A DNA stretch of 32,000 bases from Wolbachia endosymbiont strain TRS of Brugia malayi. Lineage in GTDB: Bacteria; Pseudomonadota; Alphaproteobacteria; Rickettsiales; Anaplasmataceae. This document shows positions 1 to 11,100 of the stretch, piece by piece (positions within the stretch are counted from its first letter, which is position 1; each line of letters opens with the position of its first letter). The notes beneath the pieces are model-generated. The model searched no databases. It was not told where the DNA came from and was given only the letters and a program-made list of their open reading frames with translations. The stretch lies in assembly GCF_000008385.1 (NCBI RefSeq), contig NC_006833.1, positions 210,001 through 242,000 of the forward strand, in the 5' to 3' direction. The translations under genes were made by a program, and so were the position numbers.

Positions 1-425
1 AAGTATTAAGTAAGCCTCTTCTGATTTTTGAATACCTAGGAGCAAACGCACAGTTATATACAACCCAACATCATTTTTACAAATTTTATAATATTGCCTA
101 TAGGCTCACCAAGATTGTGCTGCCAGAGAAGCTTTATCTCATTTTTGTTCAAATTCTCTTTAAATGCTCCAAACAAGATTAGGTCACTTATTTATCGACT
201 ATATTAAAGACACTCGCATAACCAGAAAATACGCCGTTTTCTCCTATATTTTTTATTAACAATGGGATGAACAGAGAAATTTCTTATCCTCATAAAGCCT
301 CCTTGTAGATTATGCTATTGGGGATTTTATTTGAAGTAACTTGCAATATACTGCGAAACAACCTTATTATATACAGTACTCTAAAAGAGGGAAGCATTTT
401 TAATTACAAAATAGAAACTATGGAA
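1..425 (-). pseudogene. HK97-family phage prohead protease remnant, frameshifted and containing stops; runs off the left edge
   Basis: Reverse-strand reading gives ENGVFSGYASVFNIVDK*, then LFGAFKENLNKNEIKLLWQHNLGEPIGNIIKF, then after a frameshift KNDVGLYITVRLLLGIQKSEEAYLIL. This matches the order of the conserved segments (GYASVF, WQH..EPIG, GLYV..LLL) of HK97 prohead proteases. Confidence 0.75.
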
Positions 426-504
426 GCAACAAAGCCATCCCAACGTCACACAAACAACTTATGAGCATTTGTGATTTGATAAGCTAAAGATAGCTCACAG
501 AAGT

Positions 505-815
505 ACAAAAAATTACTTGATAAACCTTGCTAATTTCCATAGTACTGAAGGTATTCAGTTATCTTCAATCTATGCAGATTAAATGACAAAGTATCACGTA
601 GTTAGCGTCTTATGTTTAATTTTTTGTACTATATGTACTCTTATGTCTTTACAACATCTCTGGGGGGGTTTTTACCTATATAAGCTAGAACGTGCTTTAT
701 AAAGCATTTAAGACAGTATAGTGCGCCAATTTATAGGATTAGAGAGTAAACACTATCTGCCAGGGAATATCTTTTACCTTTTTTCTATTTAATAAATTTC
801 TTGCTACTTGTTAGC
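505..815 (+). repeat. Dispersed intergenic repeat, copy A
   Basis: Shares ordered blocks with the copies at 6.85, 18.05 (inverted) and 29.7 kb: ACTTGAtAAACCT.GCTA, TTATGTTTAATTTTTTGtACTATATGTAC.CTTATGTCTT, TTTACCTATATAAGcT.GAAC..GCTTtATAAAGC.TTTA, GGATTAGAGAGTAAAcACTATC. Confidence 0.8.
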
Positions 816-925
816 GGGGTCTAGAGATACCGCAGATGAGTTGCGCCAACGTCTCCGCTGGAATGACATAAGAAGGAGGCTACTTGAACGATAAGAAAGG
901 AGTACTGGAATGACAATAAATTTCT
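811..925. repeat. Short palindrome-type repeat remnant
   Basis: GTTAGCGgggtctagAGATACCGCAG followed by CGCTGGAATGACA and GTACTGGAATGACA; the first part is similar to 7338-7371. Confidence 0.45.
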
Positions 926-1324
926 TCGAAAAAAAGTTACTTGAAATGGCAACTGTATAAAACTGTTACTTCCAGCCTATCTCTATCAGTTTTTTTCTCC
1001 TTTTGCTTCTTCCACTTTAGAGTTGTAGTACTTCATCTGTAACACAATCATCTTGAATCTAAGAGTTCTTTAACTCCTTTAAACAGCATAAAGGGAATAC
1101 CTATACATACTTATAACTAAAGCACTGGTTACCGCTATTTTTGTTATAGCTATAACTGCTGTTAAATAGCTATATCGATAGTAGTTTCCACCACTAAACT
1201 TAATAATATCTTGATTATCATATACCATAATAAAAAAGTCAAATCCATACGCTAAGGTTGTAGCTTTACTAAATACTAAAAAACAGTCACAATGAAGTAA
1301 GCAAACATTTACAAATTAAATTTA

Positions 1325-2596
1325 GTGTGCAATCAACAAACAAGGGTGTTGATATCAACAATTCTCTGTAGAATCGCAATATGGTATGATCACATGCTCT
1401 TTATTGATCTGGTTAACATAATCAGTAGAGAGTTTTGTTCTGCAAAAGATGTCTACTACAACATACTGCAATTGTTTGGAATTGCAGGGCTGGGTGCTAT
1501 GGTAAGGCCACTTGGCGCATCTGTATTTGGTCACATTGGCGATAGATATGGAAGGAAGATGGCATTAACAATTGCTATTTTGCTAATATCAATCCCGTCT
1601 AGTCTCGTTGCATTTATTCCAGGCTATAGTCGAGTAGGTATAACCTCTACTATATTGCTTTTTGCAATCCATGTAACACAAGGAATTGCACTAGGCGCCG
1701 AACAAGGAGGAAGTTCTGTTTATCTCATAGAGCATTTATCCAATAAGAAAAAACTAGGAATGTTTTTTGGGATAATAAGTTTTGGTCGCTCCATTGGTGT
1801 CCTGCTTTTTGTAATGATAGTGATCATATGCAAAAAAATCACTGATTTTAACGCATGGGGCTGGAGAATGCCGTTTACTTTTTCGGCCATTTGGGGATTA
1901 ATGAGTGCATATAGTATATACACATTAGGAGAAACTCCGGCATATGAAAAAAATCGAGAACAAAGAAATTTGCCTAATTTACCAATAATAGAGCTTGTAA
2001 AGCGCTATAAGAGAGCTCTGATACTTGCCGTTTTAATATCCGTACCTGTTAATGTTGCTGTTGGATTTACCATATTTCTTCGAACAATTGCAAAAGAAAT
2101 AGTGCAAGTTGAGATGTATGTAACAACATATGTCAATGAAATTGTGTTGATTATAACCAGTATATTAATACCGATATCTTCAATAGCGCTCGGAATGTTA
2201 GCTGATAGAGTAGGGAAAGAGCGCATTGCAATCTTATTTATAATAATTACGATAATACTGTGTTGTCCTATGTTATCTATTGCATATTACTATAAAAGTT
2301 ACCTTATAATTATGTTGAGTGTAATGGCTCTCTCTATAATAGAAAGGGGTATCAATCCTATAGGAATAGTTGCATCTGAACTTTTCCCCCCCAATGTTAG
2401 ATTTAGTGGAGTGAGTTTATCACGCAATATTTCTTTTGCCTTGCATGGTGGATTTACCCCCATGATATGCACTTGGCTTACTATAACGTTCCCTCAAATA
2501 AATTTTGTTGCTGGGCTTTATATAATCTTCTGCTTATTGATCAGTTTGATAGCAATACTGCAAATAAAATCACAAGATAAAAATTTTGATTGGTAA
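1325..2596 (+). CDS. MFS transporter, metabolite:H+ symporter (MHS/ProP-like) family
   Basis: 423-aa ORF with many hydrophobic segments and the MFS signature VRPLGASVFGHIGDRYGRKMAL. Confidence 0.85.
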   Translation: MCNQQTRVLISTILCRIAIWYDHMLFIDLVNIISREFCSAKDVYYNILQLFGIAGLGAMVRPLGASVFGHIGDRYGRKMALTIAILLISIPSSLVAFIPGYSRVGITSTILLFAIHVTQGIALGAEQGGSSVYLIEHLSNKKKLGMFFGIISFGRSIGVLLFVMIVIICKKITDFNAWGWRMPFTFSAIWGLMSAYSIYTLGETPAYEKNREQRNLPNLPIIELVKRYKRALILAVLISVPVNVAVGFTIFLRTIAKEIVQVEMYVTTYVNEIVLIITSILIPISSIALGMLADRVGKERIAILFIIITIILCCPMLSIAYYYKSYLIIMLSVMALSIIERGINPIGIVASELFPPNVRFSGVSLSRNISFALHGGFTPMICTWLTITFPQINFVAGLYIIFCLLISLIAILQIKSQDKNFDW

Positions 2597-2709
2597 AAAT
2601 CCCGGTATAAGCCACACACATTAAGTTAAGCTTAAAATTGTAAGTTAAAAAATATAGTTGAATATTTGGAAAAAATAGTGTATTACTATTAATACCATTT
2701 AAGTTAATT

Positions 2710-3577
2710 TATTATAGCACTTTCTAAATTCCTTACCAAAATTGGACCTGACTTTCAAGAAGATCTTTGGCACGGAAGAAATAAGAATATTCTTGTCCAT
2801 TTTTGAGCGATGTTTTAGGGTATACTGAAGTTAATACTATGCAAGAAATAGAATTCATCAGCGTCATTATGAATTCTAAATTTGCTTCTGAGAAACAAAG
2901 CATGGTTGGTGTTCTCTGCAAGGATTCTGTTGGTAATAAGTTTGTGGTTGAAGTGGAGCTCACTCGTGACAAGGACTTTGAAAAACGTATTCAATATTAC
3001 GTTGCCAAAGCTTCTCAAGGCAATCTGGTGGATATCATAATTTACACAAAAGATTTTCTTTATTACAATATCAAATTGTACTTTATTTCCCGATGAGTCC
3101 AATTATATATCTAGCCATACCATAAGAGACGATGAAACTAATGAGCATGATTTACAAGATTTTCAATTCGTATTCATTGAACTATCTAAATTTCCTAAAG
3201 GTAAAGTAGACCAATTAACAAGCATAGTAGAACGCTGGTGTTTCTTTATTTAAGTATGCAGAAGAAACAACAGATAAAAATTTAAAGAAGATAGCAGGAG
3301 AAGTATTAATAATAAATTAAGCATATGATGAGTTAAACAAGTTTCACTGGGATGAAAAGGACCTAAACAGCGTATGAAGAAAGAATAATGGATCTGTACA
3401 AAGAGGAAGCTATCCTTGAACAGAAACTTGGAAGGTATAGAAGAAGGAAAAATTGAAGTAGCAAAGGCAATGCTGGCTGATAATGTTGACACCAACACTA
3501 TTGTCAAGTTTACTGGTCTTTCCATTAGTGAAATTGAAAGGATTGCAGGATTAGAAGACGCTCATCAATTAACCTAA
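2710..3577 (+). pseudogene. Rpn family recombination-promoting nuclease / PD-(D/E)XK transposase, degraded
   Basis: ORF 2803-3096 (DVLGYTEVNTMQEIEFISVIMNSKFASEKQSMVGVLCKDSVGNKFVVEVELTRDKDFEKRIQYYVAKA) plus downstream out-of-frame pieces ending EGKIEVAKAMLADNVDTNTIVKFTGLSISEIERIAGL, the typical C-terminus of this family. Confidence 0.7.
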
Positions 3578-3626
3578 CGCGGGCAGAATGACAGAATGCT
3601 ATTAGGTGTATGGTTATACAAGAAAT

Positions 3627-4076
3627 CTAATAATAATTGGTAGAGTCCCTCAATTTCTCAAAAAAATCTTTTAACAAAAAAGAGCACTCTGTTTCTAATA
3701 CCCCACCATAAACTTCAGGTACGTGGCTGCAAAATTGAAATATTTTAGCACCATTTTCAATTCCTCCACCTTTTGAATTATAGGCTCCAAAGTACAATCG
3801 TTTAATTCTTGCAAAGGAAATAGCTTGAGCACACATCGGACATGGCTCTAATGTTACGTACATGTCAGCATTACAAAGTACTGACGTTGAAAGCAATTCG
3901 CATGCTTGTCTGATCACTAACATCTCTGCATGTGCAGTTGGATCATTGGATATATTATGTGCAAAAGAAATGATATTGTCTCCACTAACTATCACAGCTC
4001 CTATGGGAATCTCATCATTTTTTTTGGCAAGCTTAGCTTGCTCTACGGCAAACTCCATATATTGACACTTAAACAC
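3627..4076 (-). CDS. tadA: tRNA-specific adenosine deaminase (cytidine/deoxycytidylate deaminase fold)
   Basis: 149-aa ORF with zinc-binding motifs HAEM and PCPMCAQAI. Confidence 0.9.
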   Translation of the reverse strand: MFKCQYMEFAVEQAKLAKKNDEIPIGAVIVSGDNIISFAHNISNDPTAHAEMLVIRQACELLSTSVLCNADMYVTLEPCPMCAQAISFARIKRLYFGAYNSKGGGIENGAKIFQFCSHVPEVYGGVLETECSFLLKDFFEKLRDSTNYY

Positions 4077-4085
4077 TTTCCCTTG

Positions 4086-5708
4086 TTAACCTTCTGTTTT
4101 TTTAACTTTATTAACTACTGCCTTAATGAATGATACAAAGAGAGGATGAGGAGAAAATGGCTTAGATTGGAACTCTGGGTGAAATTGAACACCAATAAAC
4201 CATGGATGGTTTTCTAACTCCACTGCTTCTATATATGTTCCATCTTCTGACATGCCACTGCATATCAGTCCATTCTTTTCTAAATCATCTTTATAATCTA
4301 AATTAATTATGTATCTATGCCTGTGTCTTTCTGAAATAATAGTATCGCTATATGCACCCGCCATTTTAGAATTTGGACTTATATTACATTTGTATGCCCC
4401 AAGTCTCATGGTTCCACCAAGATCAACGTTTTTATCACCAGCTAGCTTAATGATTGGGTGTTTACAAGTATAAAACTCTTCAGAATGTACATCTTTAAAC
4501 TTAATAACGTTGCGAGCAAATTCAATAACCGCAAGCTGCATACCAAGGCATATTCCAAAAAATGGGATATTATTTGTGCGAGCGTAACTTATCGCTAACA
4601 TTTTACCTTCTATTCCATCGTCACCAAAACCCCCTGGAACAAGAATTGCATGAGAATTCTTTAGTTTATCCCCCATAAACTTTTCATTTATAGGTTTTCC
4701 GCTCTTCTCTCTTGAGTTAACCCAATTTATCTTTACTTCGATTCTATTACTAATTGCACTATGACTTAATGCCTCAACTAGTGACTTATACGTATCAGGA
4801 AATTCAGTGTATTTCCCTACTATAGATACAGTAACTTCCTGCATTGGGTGCCTCATAGAATGCACTATTTGATTCCACCCAACCAGACTTGGTTTTGGTT
4901 TACTTAAATGAAAATGTTCCAAAACTTGTGTACCAAGTCCACATTGATTATATAAGACAGGTAGCTCATATATATGACTTACATCAGGAGCGGATATTAC
5001 ATTAGATAAAGAAACATTACAAAGATTGGCTATTTTCCCTCTCTGATTATCAGAAATTTCTTTTTCACTACGACATAATATAATATCTGGCTGTAGCCCT
5101 ACAAAATTTAGCTCTCGAACTGAATGCTGTGTTGGTTTTGTCTTTAATTCTTGCGCTACAGCAAGATATGGCACCAAGGTTAAGTGAATAAGAATAACTC
5201 TTTGTTTTCCGAGTTTATAGCTAATTTGGCGTATGGCTTCCAAAAATGGTTGACTTTCGATATCACCTACAGTCCCGCCAATTTCACATATCACAAAATC
5301 TAAGCCTTCCGTACCATTAAAAATAAATGACTTGATTAAATCCGTTACATGAGGAATGACTTGTACAGTTTTGCCCAGGTAATCACCACGTCTTTCCTTT
5401 TTCAATAACTCATGATACATCTTACCAGTTGTTATATTGTCGTCTTTAGTTGCTTTAATTCCAGTAAAACGCTCATAATGCCCAAGATCCAAATCAGTTT
5501 CGGCACCATCTTCGGTAACAAATACCTCTCCATGCTGGGTTGGGCTCATTGTTCCAGGATCAATATTTAGATATGGATCAAGTTTTCTAATGCGAACTTT
5601 AAAGCCGTGAGCTTGAAGAAGTGCACCTACACTTGAAGCGACTAAACCTTTGCCAAGTGATGAAACAACCCCACCTGTTACAAAAATAAATTTAGCTTCT
5701 TTCATCAA
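4086..5708 (-). CDS. pyrG: CTP synthase
   Basis: 540-aa ORF; [19 protein letters not shown]-terminus, [27 protein letters not shown], and glutamine amidotransferase GICLGMQ and GVQFHPEF motifs. Confidence 0.97.
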   Translation of the reverse strand: MMKEAKFIFVTGGVVSSLGKGLVASSVGALLQAHGFKVRIRKLDPYLNIDPGTMSPTQHGEVFVTEDGAETDLDLGHYERFTGIKATKDDNITTGKMYHELLKKERRGDYLGKTVQVIPHVTDLIKSFIFNGTEGLDFVICEIGGTVGDIESQPFLEAIRQISYKLGKQRVILIHLTLVPYLAVAQELKTKPTQHSVRELNFVGLQPDIILCRSEKEISDNQRGKIANLCNVSLSNVISAPDVSHIYELPVLYNQCGLGTQVLEHFHLSKPKPSLVGWNQIVHSMRHPMQEVTVSIVGKYTEFPDTYKSLVEALSHSAISNRIEVKINWVNSREKSGKPINEKFMGDKLKNSHAILVPGGFGDDGIEGKMLAISYARTNNIPFFGICLGMQLAVIEFARNVIKFKDVHSEEFYTCKHPIIKLAGDKNVDLGGTMRLGAYKCNISPNSKMAGAYSDTIISERHRHRYIINLDYKDDLEKNGLICSGMSEDGTYIEAVELENHPWFIGVQFHPEFQSKPFSPHPLFVSFIKAVVNKVKKTEG

Positions 5709-6070
5709 TTCTCAAAGGGAACAGAAGTAGATTCATTTTCTTGTTGTTTTTCCAATATAATTTTCTCTGCTATCGATTTTTTATGTACATCTTTTGAACA
5801 CAATCCTGACAATAGTAATGTATTCATAATAAACAATCCAGCAACTATGGCTGTTATTTTGTTAAGCGGATTCGCAGAAGATTTTACTGGAATTATTGAA
5901 TTGAATCCTTGCTGCGAATTGCTAAAGCCGCTTAGTGAGCTACTTCCTGGTGGCTGCAAGAGTACTAAAATTACTAATATAACAACCAATATTATTTGAA
6001 ATACACTTAATACCATTATTAACATTATAAATAGGGTTGAAAATAAAAATTCTAGGAACATAAAGCACAT
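5705..6070 (-). CDS. secG: Preprotein translocase subunit SecG (the annotated start may be too far upstream)
   Basis: Contains [25 protein letters not shown]...[21 protein letters not shown], typical of SecG. Its stop overlaps the pyrG start. Confidence 0.85.
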   Translation of the reverse strand: MCFMFLEFLFSTLFIMLIMVLSVFQIILVVILVILVLLQPPGSSSLSGFSNSQQGFNSIIPVKSSANPLNKITAIVAGLFIMNTLLLSGLCSKDVHKKSIAEKIILEKQQENESTSVPFEN

Positions 6071-6182
6071 AAGTCAAGTTCTTATACGCACCTGTCATTC
6101 AAGTAGCCAGCATTGTGCGCTGGAAGAAATTTATTAAATATTTTACTTATAGATCTAATTTCTTATTATAAGAGATACGCAA

Positions 6183-6770
6183 TGAGCGATTTATTAATGG
6201 TTAAAGATTATAAAAAGGGGCGCAAAAAGCGCCTGAGAGAGAAAATTGTTTTAGATAATAGACAATCACTACTCGACTACTATGAAGTTTTAGAGTACAT
6301 TTTGTACTCAACATACAGTAGAATTGACGTAAAGCAGGTAGCAAAGAGTTTGATAGAAAATTTTGGCAGTTTAAAAAGGATCTGCCTATAATCAATAATT
6401 AGAAAAAACTGCTTGATTACTTAAGAATAAGTATAGGAAGCCTCAATGAGAAAAACTTTCATGTCATTTACACGAATAAAAAATACCACCTAATAGCGGA
6501 AGACCTGCAAAACATTAGTACAATAGATCAAACTTCTCTCTATGTCAAAGATATTATCAAGCGTGTTCTTTTGATTGGTTCAACATCCATAGTAATATCC
6601 CACAACCATTCAAGTGGAAATACACAACCTTCAAGTAGAATATATCCCTCACTAGGTAGCTAGCAGAAGCTTGCAAAAGCGTAAGAATAGAACTAATAGA
6701 CCACATGTTGTTACATTCAGTAGCTACTTTAATTTCAAGGAAAATAGGTTATTGTGAAAAACTTTTATAG
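6183..6770 (+). pseudogene. radC: RadC/UPF0758 family (JAMM domain) protein, interrupted
   Basis: N-terminal part KKGRKKRLREKIVLDNRQSLLDYYEVLEYILYSTYSRIDVKQVAKSLIENFGSL, then stops, then GSLNEK, IIKRVLLIGSTSIVISHNHSSGNTQPSS (degraded HNHPSGDPTPS JAMM motif) and IDHMLL. Confidence 0.75.
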
Positions 6771-6845
6771 CTACAGTAGCTTAATTATCGTCATTCGCTA
6801 TCAGTAGTGTAAACTCTTCAAATAACATAAAATGAAGTAGATGGC

Positions 6846-7275
6846 TGTAAAATTACTTGACAAACTTTGCCAGCTCTCTTACCATGGTAGTGGAGCTATT
6901 TTATATGGCTTTCCAAGCTTGTGTAGATTAAAATGACAAGAAAGTTTTGTATTTGGTGTATTGTTGTCTAATTTTTCGCACTATATGCACTGTATGTCTT
7001 TATAAAATTCTAGGTTTTTAGTTATACAAGCTGAAACGCGCTTATAAAGTGTTTAAGGCATTACCCAACGCCAAATTTTTAAAATAAAGAATTAGTGATT
7101 AGCTACTACAGGGGTTTCTTGTCTTTTTTTTCTGCTTGGCAAGTTTCTTAAATATTTAAGCCCCAATTAGTTGTTTTGAAAAGCAGCTAAATTGTAGCGT
7201 TTAAGACTTAAAAACGCCAATAATGAATAATGACCGGGGTTTCTTTTGCCTTTTTTCTGAATGGCTAAAAATTCA
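6846..7275 (+). repeat. Dispersed intergenic repeat, copy B
   Basis: ACTTGACAAACTTTGCCAGC, TAATTTTTCGCACTATATGCACTGTATGTCTTTATAAA, AAGCTGAAACGCGCTTATAAAGTGTTTAAGGCA; two internal GGGGTTTCTTGTC/TTGCCTTTTTTCTG units. Confidence 0.8.
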
Positions 7276-7309
7276 ATCTACTTCGTTATGGAACTTCTTG
7301 CCTGTCATG

Positions 7310-7390
7310 AAAGTAGCAGACAGAGCCGTTACGTGTTAGCGAAATTTATGTGAGATACGGCAGCAACTAGCTATTCATCACGAATGACAA
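7310..7390. repeat. Short palindrome-type repeat remnant
   Basis: GCCGTTACGTGTTAGCGAAATTTATGTGAGATACGGCAGC...CGAATGACA; shares GTTAGCG...AGATAC.GCAG with 811-925. Confidence 0.4.
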
Positions 7391-7569
7391 ACCAATTATA
7401 GTGTATACTAAATTTTTAATAATTTATTAACACAGGTACTTAAAACCCTCTTCACATACTCAGTAACTTTTATTATTGAAAAATTAAAAAAAATGCTATA
7501 TACTAACTATAGTAGTAGATTTTGGTAAAATTTATAGCAGATTCAAGTACTAATATAGCTTTCAGCAAA

Positions 7570-8040
7570 GAAATTTTACAGCACCTTACTGAACTATCTG
7601 AACTTACCAAGTAGTCTGCTCAAGAATTAGCAGATAAATTACTCAGAGAAGCAGTTAAGCATGAAGAGGAAGGTATTTTATTATCTGTGGTTGCTGATGA
7701 ATATGATATTGGAAGTGCAAAAAAGACTAAAAGCAAGGACGTAGATTGAAATACACTATTATCTTCTTAGACAATATTCTTAAGAAAGATCTTCTAGATC
7801 TTCTGAAAACAGTGGTTAAGGGTTGTAGATGCAATAAATGAGCGGCCTATAGTTAGTCCTACTAATCTTGGTAAAGCTTTCACTGCAGCCTCAAAGGATG
7901 GAGAAGATTAAGAGTTGGTGATTACCGCATATATATTATGTAAACACCTTAGGATATGAAGTAACCATGGTTACATTAGGTGCAGAGATAATATTTATGA
8001 GAAGGCTAGGAAAATACTTCATAGACATTAAATATATAAC
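7570..8040 (+). pseudogene. RelBE-like type II toxin-antitoxin module remnant
   Basis: Antitoxin-like ILQHLTELSELTK*SAQELADKLLREAVKHEEEGILLSVVADEYDIGSAKKTKSKDVD*, followed by VVDAINERPIVSPTNLGKAFTAASKDG and, after a frameshift, RRLRVGDYRI (RelE-type core). Confidence 0.65.
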
Positions 8041-8133
8041 TAGTAGCTTTAAAAAAAAGAAAAATTAATAATGCTCGTAGCACATACACCAACTAGCAAG
8101 GCTTCAATCACATTCTCTTGCAATCAAGTTCCA

Positions 8134-11100
8134 TCAAAAGTCAGATTGAATGGTTAAATCTTCCACCCAAATAACCATGCACTCTACCTGCTTGTTTGGA
8201 CATATCTCTTGTACTAAGGTTTTATAGATCAACATCTGTTTTTTTATTTCATTTAATGAGGAAACAGAAACATTACGGTGTGATTTATAGTCAATTATAA
8301 TTGCTTTATCCTGCGTTATGCATAGCTTATCTAATCGTACTAATACCGGTTTGCCATTGATTGTTCCACTCAGTGTAATTTCTGACTTACCATCTAAGTC
8401 AAACAGGTAATCATATTTTTCATTAAAGGCTAATATTTTTCTGTAAATTTCATCCTTATTTTTCCTGATGTTTATATTATCAAGATATTTTCCTATCCAA
8501 TTTTTTCTCCTGTCTTTCTCTATCTTAGGCATATACTGCAATATGCTATGAATTATTAAGCCTCTTGTGTAGCCATCTGTCATCCAGGTGTTCCTTTTTT
8601 TGTCATCCCAGTGTGTGACACTGGAATCTAGTGGAGAAAAAGAATGGATCCCAGTATCAAAGCACTGGGGTGATAGGAGAGGATACTGGGATGGTGAAGG
8701 AGAGTGCTGGAACAAAATTGATAAATTCGGTGGGGGCAAAACAGCAGGAATGTTAAAATAATCACGTTTTTTATAAATGTAAGGATAGTTTGCATTTACA
8801 CATAATACCTCAACTTTTTCTTTAAATATTTGGTGTAACTCCATGTATTTCTTCTCATACGGCTCTCCATATTTAGTGATTATATCATACCAAGAGCCCT
8901 TTTGTACTGGCTCTTTACCTAAAATGTATAACTCATCCTCAGCACGCGTGAGTGCCACGTATAACAAACGCAAATACTCGTTATAATCCTCCAGTTTTTT
9001 TTCCCTTTTCACTTGGTCACAATAAGCGTTGTTGTTTTTTCCACATAAAAATGGTGCTCCCATCGCATCAAGAACAATGCTTTCACTGTTTTTTGGTACT
9101 GTATTCGTATCAACCAAAAATACTATGGGAGCTTGCAGACCTTTTGATTTATGAATTGTCATTATTCGCACAGCATTGCGTTCTGATTGCATATCATTTT
9201 TAATCTCTGGGTTATTTTCCTTTATCCACTGAACAAACGCTTGAAGAGATGGGTTTTCAAATTGTAACACAAGGTTCATAAATTCATCTAGGACCTCAAA
9301 GCATTCAAGACCTAGCCTTGCAGCGAATTTCTTCTTACCTGTACGAAGTATATGTGTGAATAACGTAAGAGGTGATTCTATGTGAGATAAGTTAATGAGA
9401 TCGTTTAACTTACTATAGATATCTTCAGAATAATTCTGGAGTCTTTCCCATAACGACTGTTCTTTACGATCATATGCAATATTAAATAAATCATCTTCAG
9501 TGAAATTAAATAGTGGCGATTTTAAAGCATTTGCAAGAGCCAAATCATTTGTTGGAAGAAGTAAAAATTCAGTCAAAGCTATCAAGTCTTGCACAGCTAT
9601 GTAGTCCATAATTCTAAAATAGTCCCGTCCTACAACTGGTATATTTGCTTTTTTAAGTTCACTTATTACGTAATCAACTAGCATATTTCGCTGTCGTACC
9701 AGAATCATAATGTCTCTTGGTTCTATATGGCGATTTTTAGCGACTAAAATTCGCCCCTCATTTAACCAGTTGTGAATTTTGTGAGCTATTGCCTGGGCAA
9801 GCAATCGATCTGTTATTATATAATCTTTCCTATGCATCAAATGAATTTGTAAAGCTTGCTGTTCTTCCTCTTTACATCTTGGCAACAACGGCCAGATTTC
9901 AACGTATCCCTGATCGTTTTCTCTATATGGAATATGTTTTATTTCACTATCAACAAAAGATATCTCTTCACGGAAGTTGTTAAATAACCTATCTACAAGT
10001 GTTAAAGTTTCCGGAGTTGAGCGAAATGACTTTTCAAGCTGACATGATATCCAATCTTTGCCACCAGATTTTGTATGAAAGTATTGTTGCATGCAGTTGA
10101 ATAGGTGAGGATTTGCCCCCTGAAATCTGTAAATGGATTGTTTTACATCACCAACAACAAACAAGGTTCGTTTTTCATCATTACGGATAAAAAATTCATC
10201 GCAGAGATTTGCTATAATTTTCCATTGACTGATGCTATTATCTTGTGCCTCATCAACAAGAATGTGATCTATTTTTTGATCTAAGTTAAACAATACCCAA
10301 TTTTTATAATCTGGATTGCTGAGAAGATTTGTTGCTAAATCGATTATATCATTATAGTCAAGCAGTGCATTCTTTGACTTTTCACTATTATATAAATCAA
10401 TATATACTTTAAATATATCCAGAAAACTACTGGTTCTTTTGAATATTTGATAAGAGTTTATATCTCTTACATGAGTAAATACTGCATTCTGAATATTTTC
10501 TATTACTTGCTCTGCACCTGGAAATTTCTCCAAAGTACTCTTCGTTATAATGGATGATATGCTTTTTTTCTCGCACGATTCTGACTTTAAAAACACTTTG
10601 ACTAAGTTTTCTATACTGATGTCATTCCAGCGTGTGGCGCTGGAATCTAATTTTTGAATCCTAGTATCAGCTACTTGGATGAAAGAGGAAGATGTAAGAT
10701 CAAGCATCTTGCTATAATTCCGATCTCGTTTACTGCCTTTACTTAATATTTCGGCTAATCTTTCTATTTGCTCAGTCGCTTCACTCTGTAAACCATGAAT
10801 TTCATCTGGAGCACTCAGTTTACCTTTGACATATTCTAGATTGTTTGCTGACACAGATCTTTTTATGCACAAAGTATAAAGCAAATCGCGTAACTTATTT
10901 TCATCAACTTCAGCTGCAATAAATTTTATACTATCTTGCACAGCTTCATTATGAAGTAATTTATCAAATACAATGGAGTGTAATTCCTTACATTCGCTCA
11001 GCGTACAATTTGGAACAATGCCAGCTTCTGCAGGAAAGCTAGAAATTAACTTATAACAAAAGGCATGTACAGTCTGTATAGTTAAATCAAGATTTTCCAG

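Noticed and set aside
662-680. Poly-G run (GGGGGGG) as a possible phase-variation tract
   Set aside because: It lies inside a noncoding dispersed repeat and is not in or directly upstream of a gene; the other copies lack it.
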